64,000 bases of DNA. Origin: an uncultured bacterium. Lineage in GTDB: Bacteria > Verrucomicrobiota > Verrucomicrobiia > Limisphaerales > UBA8199. This document shows positions 49,430 through 58,500 of the stretch, piece after piece. Numbering within the stretch: position 1 is the first letter of the stretch; the number at the start of each line of letters is the position of its first letter. The stretch lies in NCBI GenBank assembly GCA_963749495.1, contig CAVVMW010000018.1:320001-384000 (forward strand), read 5' to 3'. The notes under the pieces are model-generated. The model saw only the letters and a list, made by a program, of their open reading frames with translations. It was not told where the DNA came from and searched no databases. The position numbers and the translations under genes were made by a program.

Positions 49430-51292
49430 TCACCACCAGAAGTGGAGCCGCAGGAAATCGACCGTCCGGTGGGTCAGAATCCAGAAGAGGGTGCGTTTGT
49501 CGACGTCGATCTTGCACACCCCGCTCATGCCCGGACGCCACCACGGCTGGGGCGGGCCCAGGCGGCAGCGCACCAGGAAGACGTTCGCTTCGTTCCTGGG
49601 GAGGGCGGCCTGTTCCAGCGCGGCTATCCGAATGGGGAATTTCTTCTTGGGTTGGCTGACGAAGGCAATCTGGCCGGCGGCCTTGCCCAGAACCTCGTGG
49701 ATATCGCGTTCGTTCACCTCGGCTTCGGCGTAGAGCGTGTCGATGCGCGCGATTTTGAGCAGCACCTCAGCGGCTTTGACGGGCGCGCCCAGGCGCTCTC
49801 GCAAGTCGCCTTCGATGACCACGCCCTCAAAGGGGCTCTTGATCGTCGCGTGCGCGATGCGGTAGCGCACCAGCTCCAGCCGCGCCGTGGCCTGCTCCGC
49901 CATGGCCTGGGCAATCCGCATCTCCGCCAGCGCCTTGGCCGCCCGCGCCTTCTCGGCCTCGCGCTGGTAGCGGTCCACATCGGCCAAAGCGAACGATTCT
50001 TCCAACGCCAATTCGTCGGTCCTGAGCTTCAACAGCTCGCTCCCAGCCCGGACCGTGTCGCCCGGCCGGACCAGCGCCTGTTCCAGGAAACCATCAAAGG
50101 GCGCGGTCAGAGAGGCCTGCGCCTCGCTGCGCAGCACGAACTTGCCCTCGACCCGGTAGGGGACGGGCACCAGGAAGAGCACCCCCAGCAATGCCGTAAC
50201 GACCAGCGCCAGCAGCTTGGCCCAGGTATGCTCCGGGCCGAGCAGCCTGGCCAGGCCATCCCGCGCATGTGCGGCCCAGCGGGCGCCAAACCACCGGTCC
50301 TGTTTGTGGAGTCGCTCTAGGAACGGGGCCGCTAAATCGCAGGCCAGCCGCATCTGCTGCAGTTCGGTCTCAGACAAGCCTGGCCCCCGCCGCTCGCAGG
50401 AAATCACCGCTACCGGCTGCTTGTCCACGCGCAACGGCAGCGACCACATGTGTTCAACCTTCTGCTCCCGGCAAAACCGCTCGTGCTCGCGGCTGACCAG
50501 CGCGGTCCCTTCCGGTCGTGGCCATACGACCTCGTCATCCTGGTCCAGGGACTCTTCCATGGCCGCCTCGAGGGCTTGGGCGGCGGCCATTTGTCGCTCA
50601 AACTTCTCGGTCCGGCTCATGGCGCGCAGGCGCACGTAGCCGCCCTCCAGCCAGCCCAGGCTAACCTGGTCGCACCCGTAACGGCTCGCCAGCCCGTTGC
50701 AGAAGGTCATGGCCGCGGCCAGAAACCGCTTTTCCGGGCTGATGCTGGCCGTCAGGTCCAGCACCGTCGCCAGTTTTTCGGCCTCGCCTCGGGCCTGGCG
50801 CGCGGCCAGGGCCGTCTGGTAGAGCTGCGGCGCCGGCGCCAACAGGCGCAGCCGGACGGAAGCCTCTCGCGCATTGGCTTCACTGATTTCCGAAATCAGG
50901 CCGACCAGGACGCACTCTTCCGCCTGGCCCGGCTGCGCATCCAGGCGCGCGCCGACCACGAAATGGCCCGAAGTGGACCTGGCCTTCTCCTCCAGGGGCC
51001 ACAGCAGCCAATTCTCGGCCGCCGTCCGCGTGGCGTGCTGCTCCAACTGGGTCAGGAATGTCGTGAGCATCCGGGAGGGCAGTGTTTCCCTCGGCCACGA
51101 CAGCAACTGTTGCCAGGCCTGCCCCGGTTTGCGCGCGAGCAACACCAGCGTGTCGGCCAGGCTCACTTGCCGGGCGACGGCCAAAAAACGCGGCCAGAAG
51201 TCCTTTGGCGGCCCGGCAAACTGACGCAGTTGCGTCAGCTCTCTTAACCCCTGGTCCAGGGCGGCGCCGGCAGTTTGAGGTTCGTTGGGCAT
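49430..51292 (-). CDS. GAF-domain HlyD-family periplasmic adaptor
   Basis: N-terminal GAF-like region (CDQVSLG, AMEESLDQD, SLPLR..VAVISCER), one TM, APFDGFLEQALVRPGDTV, IKSPFEGVV, WRPGMSG. Confidence 0.87.
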   Translation of the reverse strand: MPNEPQTAGAALDQGLRELTQLRQFAGPPKDFWPRFLAVARQVSLADTLVLLARKPGQAWQQLLSWPRETLPSRMLTTFLTQLEQHATRTAAENWLLWPLEEKARSTSGHFVVGARLDAQPGQAEECVLVGLISEISEANAREASVRLRLLAPAPQLYQTALAARQARGEAEKLATVLDLTASISPEKRFLAAAMTFCNGLASRYGCDQVSLGWLEGGYVRLRAMSRTEKFERQMAAAQALEAAMEESLDQDDEVVWPRPEGTALVSREHERFCREQKVEHMWSLPLRVDKQPVAVISCERRGPGLSETELQQMRLACDLAAPFLERLHKQDRWFGARWAAHARDGLARLLGPEHTWAKLLALVVTALLGVLFLVPVPYRVEGKFVLRSEAQASLTAPFDGFLEQALVRPGDTVRAGSELLKLRTDELALEESFALADVDRYQREAEKARAAKALAEMRIAQAMAEQATARLELVRYRIAHATIKSPFEGVVIEGDLRERLGAPVKAAEVLLKIARIDTLYAEAEVNERDIHEVLGKAAGQIAFVSQPKKKFPIRIAALEQAALPRNEANVFLVRCRLGPPQPWWRPGMSGVCKIDVDKRTLFWILTHRTVDFLRLHFWW

Positions 51293-51391
51293 AGAGGGGG
51301 CGCCACTCCGGCTGCAACCGCCTTGGCCCCGCCGCGGGGCAGGGGCCTGGTTCGGCTTGGGGTGCCTTGTAAATGCCGTTCCATAGGGCAG

Positions 51392-52126
51392 CTACGGGTA
51401 TGACATCCTTGCGGCCAGACCAGGCCGGATTTTCGCGTTCGGGTTGTCGAAAACCGCCTTCACCCGCGCCAGGCCGCTGGCGGGGTCCACGACCGGGGAG
51501 ATGAAGCAAATCGTCCCCGTTACCGGGCTGGCGCCTCCCTCGACCTGGATCCTCACCGGCTGGTCCAGGCGCAGAGCCGAGGCCGCTTTGCCTTCGATGT
51601 GCCCAACGAAATAACAGCGGCTGGTGTCCACCAGCCGGACCAGGGGCTGGTATGGGGCGCAGGCCGCGCCTGCGTGCAGCGAGATCTCGCAAATCGTACC
51701 CGCGAACGGCGCCACGATCCGGCGCCGCGCCAGTTGCTCCTCCGCAATCGCGTATTCGGCTGCGGCGACGTTGTATTCCATTCGCTTCTTGTCCAGCTCT
51801 TCCCTGCTCACAGACTTGGTCCTTTCCACGAGCACTTGGGTCGCATCCAGGTCGGTCTTGGCCCGATCCATCACGGCTTTGCGGCGCGCGGCCTCGAGTT
51901 CCTCAAGCTTCTGATCCAACATCATGAGGGCGTCGCCCTTCTTTACCGGCTGCCCCTCTTTGCAGCACTCCAGCGTGATGATCCCCGGCACGGACGCGCT
52001 GAGGTTGACGTCAAGGTACGGCTCCGTGATGCCGGTGACGGGCGCGGAGCTTTCGGCAGGGGATGCCGCCACCGCCAGGAAAAGCGCAATTGAAGTCAGT
52101 GATGCATGATAGCGATTCATGTGCAT
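51392..52126 (-). CDS. Efflux RND/HlyD periplasmic adaptor subunit
   Basis: Signal peptide; SASVPGII..KEGQPVKKGD, IVAPFAG, ISPVVDPASGLARVK..DNP..IRPG. Confidence 0.9.
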   Translation of the reverse strand: MHMNRYHASLTSIALFLAVAASPAESSAPVTGITEPYLDVNLSASVPGIITLECCKEGQPVKKGDALMMLDQKLEELEAARRKAVMDRAKTDLDATQVLVERTKSVSREELDKKRMEYNVAAAEYAIAEEQLARRRIVAPFAGTICEISLHAGAACAPYQPLVRLVDTSRCYFVGHIEGKAASALRLDQPVRIQVEGGASPVTGTICFISPVVDPASGLARVKAVFDNPNAKIRPGLAARMSYP

Positions 52127-52330
52127 GGATCAACCGATTCAGCGTGGCGGCGGCGCGCCCGCGGACGCCGCGGGGCAGCCACCGGCCACAAGAGTGAACA
52201 TGGGAGCGAGTCTATTGGGGTCCGCCTGAATGGTCAATCCTTTCCTCAATCTCTGAAACAGCGTGGGAGTGTGTCCGCCGCGCCACCTGCCTCCAATGGG
52301 GCGCACGACCGATTTCTTCGAGCGCCCATC

Positions 52331-52386
52331 CTGCCGCCTAAAGGCGGCGTTCCGGTTGGCTGCGGAACGCCGCCTTTAGGCGGCAG
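52331..52386. repeat. REP-like palindrome with perfect 24-bp arms
   Basis: CTGCCGCCTAAAGGCGGCGTTCCG-N8-CGGAACGCCGCCTTTAGGCGGCAG. Confidence 0.85.
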
Positions 52387-52442
52387 CGAAGAATTCTGTC
52401 CTGCGCCCCCTCCGAGGCCTTGCCATGTTCGCTTGACTGCCT

Positions 52443-54200
52443 GTGGCGCGTCGGGTAAAAGGGGGGCGCCCTTTCGTGATTTGGCAAAACAAACGGACTG
52501 TTGGCCCTCGACCCGGACTCAGGTTCGTGAGGCGCCTGCCTTTGCTTTGTGCAGTGGTTTGTCTGGCCCGCATCGCTTCTGCTGAGACCCCAATCCCGGC
52601 GCCAACCCGCGACCTGGGCTTGAAGGAATTCCTGCGTTTGGTTCTTGAACGGAATGAGAGCCTGCAGACCCGCGCCCTGGAGCTGAAGATCGCCGACAAG
52701 CGGTTTCGAGCCGAGCGAGGGGCCTTCGAACCCGACTTGGTCCTCGGCTTCGATCGAGCCGAAAACGACCGCGAAAACAACGCCCAACAGCAGCGCGCGA
52801 CCGGTGAGCTCATCTTCCAGGAAAAGAACAATGTCTATACCAGCGGCCTGGAGGCCCTGGTCCCCACCGGCGCCCGCGTGCAGTTGGGATACACGCTCAA
52901 CGATTTGCGCAACAACCTGCAGGAACCGGTCTTGGGCACCATTTACACCAATCGGTTGTGGCCGGAGTACCAGGCATTCGCGGGGATCAGCATTACCCAA
53001 CCCTTGCTCAAGAACGCGTGGTTCCCCGCGACGCTGGCCAATATTCGTGTGGCCGCGCTGGCGGGCGAGGTGGCCTACCAGGAGTATCGGCGGCAGATGA
53101 TGCTAGTGATGACGACCGCCGAGGCAGCGTATTGGAACCTCCATCTGGCCCAGGAGCAGGTGCGCTTCTTTGGCGAATCGGTGCATCTGGCCGAGGGCTT
53201 GGTGCATGATAGCCAGGCGCGTCTTGAGGCGGGGCCAGGCTCCGAGTTGGAGGTGGCGGAAGCCAGGGCGGGCGCATCACTTCGCAAGACCAAACTCGTG
53301 GAAGCCGAGCAGAAGCTCTTTGAAAGCGTGGCCCAGATGCTGACGCTTATCTCCCAGCCCGGCAGCGACAGAGCCCCGCTGCTCCGGGCAACGGATGCGC
53401 CCGGCGAGCCGGGTCCTGCTCCGAGCTATATCGAGAGCGCCACCAATGCGCTGCAAATGAATCCCGACTACCTGGGCCAGACCAAGAAGCTGCAGCAGGA
53501 GAACATCCGGCTGGCTTACGCCAAAAACCAACGGCTGCCGCAATTGGACTTGAAGGCCAGTTACGGCCTCAACGGCCTGGGCACGGACCCTTGGAGTTCA
53601 TGGCAGGATGTCGAACATGGGGGGTTTCCCTCATTCTCGGCCGGCGTGGAGCTGCGCGTTCCGCTGGCCGGCGGGATTCGCGCCAAGAACGAGCTGGCGG
53701 CGGCCAGACTTCGCAAACAGCAGGCGCTGCTCTCCTTGCACGAAATTGAAAGCCAGGTGCTCAATTCCATTACCGCCTCCCTGTGGAGAATCCGCAGCTA
53801 CCGCGAGAGCATCCGGGATTACGAACAAATCGTTGCCTTCAGCCGGGACCGGCTGGCTACCGAAATGAAACGCCTGGAGGTCGGCAAGGTGGGCGCCCAG
53901 CGCGTGCTGGATGCCGATGCGGCCCTGCTCGAGGCTCAGAATGCCGTGCTCGAAACCAGGGTCCGAGTTGAGCGTGCCCGCCTCGAACTCGAACTGGCTG
54001 AAGGCACCGTGCTTCGCGCACGCAACCTCGAGCTTTCGCCAAGCGCAGTCCGAACTCGAACGTTCCAGTTGCTCCGCGACGCCGGCGTGCCGCCGGAGCA
54101 ATACCGGGAGTTGCTCAACCGCCGGCCACCGGCGTCCGTCGAGCCGGCGAAGTCGCCCGACGCTCGGGTGACATCGTCCTCAGAGACCGGCCGTGAATGA
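52443..54200 (+). CDS. TolC family outer membrane protein (likely start GTG 52527)
   Basis: ISITQPLLKN, AAYWNL, AKNQRLPQLDLKASYGLNG, GVELRVPL; helical OEP repeats; divergent from the adaptor operon. Confidence 0.9.
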   Translation: MARRVKGGRPFVIWQNKRTVGPRPGLRFVRRLPLLCAVVCLARIASAETPIPAPTRDLGLKEFLRLVLERNESLQTRALELKIADKRFRAERGAFEPDLVLGFDRAENDRENNAQQQRATGELIFQEKNNVYTSGLEALVPTGARVQLGYTLNDLRNNLQEPVLGTIYTNRLWPEYQAFAGISITQPLLKNAWFPATLANIRVAALAGEVAYQEYRRQMMLVMTTAEAAYWNLHLAQEQVRFFGESVHLAEGLVHDSQARLEAGPGSELEVAEARAGASLRKTKLVEAEQKLFESVAQMLTLISQPGSDRAPLLRATDAPGEPGPAPSYIESATNALQMNPDYLGQTKKLQQENIRLAYAKNQRLPQLDLKASYGLNGLGTDPWSSWQDVEHGGFPSFSAGVELRVPLAGGIRAKNELAAARLRKQQALLSLHEIESQVLNSITASLWRIRSYRESIRDYEQIVAFSRDRLATEMKRLEVGKVGAQRVLDADAALLEAQNAVLETRVRVERARLELELAEGTVLRARNLELSPSAVRTRTFQLLRDAGVPPEQYRELLNRRPPASVEPAKSPDARVTSSSETGRE

Positions 54201-54210
54201 CATCGAACGT

Positions 54211-54800
54211 CCTCTCCATGAACCGAAAAACGCATCCGTTGATTTCCAACCACTTACGCGTTTTGGGTTCATGGTCCCAATGCATGCGCAAAAGCGAAAG
54301 GAGGCTCTCCATGAACCGCCGCTCTCCACGAGGTTTTGGAGTGCGGCAGTCCTCTGCCGCTTTTCGATCCTTTGGCTGGCGGCGCCAAAGCGGCAGAGGG
54401 CTGCCGCAGTCCAAAACGCAAGCGCGGCAGGCATGCCAACCCGGTTCATGGTCCCCATGCACCATTCCGAAATCGTGGCTCTCCATGAACCTCAGAACCA
54501 GGGATGGCCCCCTCACCCCATCCCTCTCCATGAACCTAAAAACGCGCCCGTTGATTTGCAAGGACTTACGCGTTTTGGGTTCATGGTCCCAATGCACGGC
54601 CGAAAGGACGAGGGGGCTCTCCATGAACCGGCGCCAAGCCCGAAGGTTTTGGACTGCGGCAGTCCTCTGCCGCTTTTCAGTCCCTGGTTCTGGGAACGCG
54701 AAAGCGGCAGAGGACTGCCGCAGTCCAAAACGCTTCGCGGCCTCGGGGCCCTGACCGGTTCATGGTCCCAATGCATTGGCAGAAGCCAAAGGGGGCTCCC
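54211..54800. repeat. Composite REP/BIME-like cluster with a ~312-bp tandem duplication
   Basis: CTCTCCATGAACC x5 (54212, 54305, 54479, 54524, 54617); GGTTCATGGTCCC x4 (54266, 54443, 54578, 54757); two TTTTGGA.TGCGGCAGTCCTCTGCCGCTTT inverted pairs (54334-54416, 54647-54730). Confidence 0.9.
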
Positions 54801-54810
54801 CACAAACGCT

Positions 54811-55515
54811 CTACGGGGTCACGGCCCTGAAGAAAACCGCTCCGTTGGGGGGAGCCGGTTGGGACCAAAGGATGCTGCCGCTGGATGGGGCAACATTCGT
54901 CGCCAAAGGCGTCCAGACTGTGGCGGCACCCAGATTGGTGGCTCCCAGGAGACGGTAAACCACGTCCGGGTCACCGCTGCAGGTCAGCAGCAGAGCCGGG
55001 CCTTGCGCGGAAATGGACAGAGACGGCTGGCTCACGACTACCAGCGCCGCAGGGGCGCTAGTTAAGGCCAGATAGGCATTGGTAACGACCACGCTGTAGG
55101 TGCCGGCGTCAGTGAGGGCCGCGTGGGCAAAATTCAGCGCCTGGTTGGTCGCGCCTTCGAGAGGAGTGCTCCCCAAGCACCATTGGTAGCTGATCGGAAG
55201 GATCCCCGCAACCCACACGGTGAAGCTGGCGGGGTTGCCCTTCCCAACGGTAAGGTCCTGGGGCTGGCTCAGGATGCTCAACGCCGCGGAGTTGAAGCTC
55301 AACGTGGCGACCCGGCTGGTGACCGACCCCGCATCATTGGCTGCGATGACCTGGTAACTGCCCTGGTCTGCCGGAGCGGCCTCACTAATCGTAACCACCG
55401 CGTTGGTGGCCGCGGGGATGGGAACGCCATTGTGCAGCCAAAGGAAACCCAGGGAGGGGCCTGCGGCACTCACGGTGAAGGAAGCGGGTGCATCGGGGGC
55501 CACGCTGAACGTCAT
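54811..55515 (-). CDS. Segment: two immunoglobulin domains plus C-terminal domain
   Basis: W..NG.PIP.ATN....DQGSYQV; ILSQPQD..YQW..DAGTYSVVVTN; ends ATNL..W..FFRAVTP. Confidence 0.8.
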   Translation of the reverse strand: MTFSVAPDAPASFTVSAAGPSLGFLWLHNGVPIPAATNAVVTISEAAPADQGSYQVIAANDAGSVTSRVATLSFNSAALSILSQPQDLTVGKGNPASFTVWVAGILPISYQWCLGSTPLEGATNQALNFAHAALTDAGTYSVVVTNAYLALTSAPAALVVVSQPSLSISAQGPALLLTCSGDPDVVYRLLGATNLGAATVWTPLATNVAPSSGSILWSQPAPPNGAVFFRAVTP

Positions 55516-58500
55516 CGGGCTGGACCAGAATATGGGGCCTCAGGTCAATGCTCACTGTCTCGACTGTGCTGGTGACCGCTCCAAAACTGTTGGTGGCAAT
55601 GGCAGCGTAGAGACCGCCATCGGCGGCCTGCACGTTGGTGAGGGTGACTGTGGCGCCTGAAAGGCCCGGCACCAGGCCACCGTCCTTTGACCACAAATAA
55701 TCAATGGGTCCCGGCCCTTCGGCAAACGCCTGCAGGGTGAGGTCCCCCCCCGCCCACACGGTGTTGGTGCCGGATGGCTGCAGCGTAAAAACCGGAATGG
55801 TCAGGACCACCTCGAATGCCCCACTGTCGGCGTAGGTGCCTTGAGGGCGGGTGGTGCCGCACTGATCCACCGGGGGATAGTTCGTCTTGACCGCGTCCAG
55901 GGCCGGGCTTTGGGGAAGGAGCGCCATCGTGAGGGTGGGGCCTCCGTTCGTGGTCAGCGGCCCCAGACGAGGATCCACATTGACCACGCTGTTGGAGGAA
56001 GCGAAAGCCAAGGAAGAATCAGAACTGAAGTTGTAACCCCCATCCTCGATTCCTCCGGAAAAATTGGCCGGGGTATTGCTGGCGACGATGGAGTTGCAGA
56101 GGGTGACAGCGCCGTTGAAGTTGGCGATGCCCCCGCCAAGGGTGAGAGTGGAATTGGTATCGGCCGGCACTCCTGGCGCAGCGGTGTTGAAAGCCAGCGT
56201 CAGGTTCACCAGCGAGACGGTGTTAGAGGTGAAAGCCAGCGCGCCGCCGAAGCCATTGGTGCGCGCCGCGGCCTCCCCGGGGGAGAACATCGTGCCCGCG
56301 CCCCCCGCAGCCTGGTTAAAGGCAAATGTGGAGTTGGTGATCGCCACCGGGGCGGCAGCAGCCTGGATGGCGCCCCCGAACCCCTCCGCGCCGGGCGTGG
56401 CATTGTTTGTGCCCGATCCAGGGTAATCTCCCCCTTGAGCCAGGTTGCCGTTGAACGTGGAGGCGTTCACCACCACGGGTCCGACCGCTGCCAACCCGCC
56501 ACCCAGACCTCTGCCCGCCGAGCGGCTGAAGCCTCCAACCGCGGTATTATATTCCACAGAACAGCCGTCCAGCTCGATGGACCCCGCGTTGTAGAGCCCG
56601 CCGCCCAGGCCATTGCCAGGGTCCTGGGTTTGGCCGCACCTGCTCCCCGAGGACGAGTTCCCGCCCAAGGTCACCTGTTCGAGACTGGCTGTGGCATTGC
56701 TTTCTACAAACAGCGCACCGCCGTAGCTGTGCCCGCCGCCGGCAATGTCGGCTTGCACCACCGCCCCTGCGGCCGAATTCGTGAGGCCATGAGACGCAAG
56801 CATGTGCAAACTCCCGCCGGCAATCGCCAGCGCGCCGCCGGCCGCATCGCCGGCACGGCTATTCGTCACCGAACCGGGCAGCGGCTCCCCCCGAGCGCCT
56901 GGTTGCGGAGAAACGTCGAGCTATCAACCAGGCAATCTCCGCCGTCGGAAAAAACCGCTCCGCCGAATCCGCCGGCCCCGCCCATGGAAATCGCCGCCGG
57001 AGAAGCCGATCGCCCCCGGCCTCCTGCTGCCGAGCAGTCGGTCAGCAGGCACCCTTCCAGCGTCAGTTGGCCGCCTCGATTACAGATGGCCCCACCCAGG
57101 CCGCACCCTCCTTGCGGGCTGGGACTGTTAGTCGTGGCGCCCGGCTTGGCGTCACCGCCGCGAACCACGCAGTTGGTGAACACACAGTTGGTGAGGGCCA
57201 CGGTGCCCCCTAGATTGAGGATGCCTGCACCCTGTCCATCACCTCCTGGCCCTGGCGGAGAAGCGCTCGCGCCGTTGGTTCCGGCGTGGAAGCCGTCGGC
57301 AAAAACGATCCCCTGGGCCGAGAAGCTGATGTTGGTTCGCACCTCGACGAGCCGGGTGACGCCGCCGCCGCTGAGGACCACTGAATGCCCATTGGCGTCC
57401 AATGCGGTGTTGTACGGCGGCACTATCGGGTTGGTGAGCAGGATCGTCCCGCTGCTTTCAAACCGCAGCAGGCCGCCTTCAAGGAGTGCGCTGGTCAGCG
57501 CGGGAAGGGATACAGAAGCAACAGATTGCGTGACCAGAAACGGCGCGGCCTCGATGTCCAGGTTCCCCGTCTGACGTCCGCTGATGTATTGGCCAAGGAT
57601 GCGGCTGGTCCCTTGGAGGAGAATGCCGTTGAGGCGGTTGGTATCGCCAAACCAGGGATGGACGAAACTTCCGCTCACGCGGCCGGATTTCAAATCCAGG
57701 CCCAGTTTCAGCACTGCATTGCTGTCCATGGCGGTGAGTGTATTGGATGTCGAGAGCTTGACCAGGTTGGTGATGGGCGAATCCAGATCGCTGCCCGACA
57801 CTTGCGCCTGCCCGTACACCCAGTTCAGGACCCGAACGCCGGCGGCGGGCCGGGCATAGGGGGACGCGACGAACGAGACCAGGTTGGAGAAGCCGCCGGG
57901 GTATGCGCCAGACCCCGCATCCACCGACCGAATCCACTGCAGACTGCCCGAGAGGCTCCTGGGTCATTGGCCGAGAACCCGACCCACCCCAGGAGGGCGC
58001 CTTTTCCCTTGTCCAGAGTGACATACAGCGGCCAGTGCCCGAGCTGCGTCAAGCTGCAGCGGGCACTGAAAGGCACGCTGTCCCCAAGCACTCCATTGAG
58101 GTTAAGGCCTCCGCTTTGGGCCAGGCTCAGAGTGCCGAACCCGCTGCCACCCGCAACCTGCGGGCCGATGACACTGCTGCTGGTGGCCGGCAACGCAAAG
58201 GTGTACTGGCCGGCGGGCGGGCCGTTGCTGCCGCCCAGGCTCGAAGCCAGCCTCTCCAGTTGCACGTCGGGACTGGTTGAGCCGCCGGACACGGTCCCCG
58301 TGATCAGGCCGGCAGTATTCGTCTCCTGGAGTTGCAAAGTGATGGCAGTGCTGAGCCCGTCCAGGACGCCGCTGATCGAAGCGCTGCCGGAGCTGTCGAA
58401 CTTGCCGGAGTAATAGTAAGTCGATCCGTGGTAGAGAATGGCGCCACTGAAGCCGCCATCCGTTCTCAACGCCAGGGATAGAAAGCCCACGGCGTCCAAA

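Noticed and set aside
45105..50320. Plus-strand ORFs 45105..47288, 47378..49087 and 49115..50320
   Set aside because: Antisense to the well-supported SecA-like, M50 and adaptor genes
54115..55065. ORFs across the repeat cluster, and a CRISPR interpretation of it
   Set aside because: The translations are repeat-derived (RFMVPMH, LDCGSPLPL); spacers are duplicated and of uneven length, and no cas genes are present
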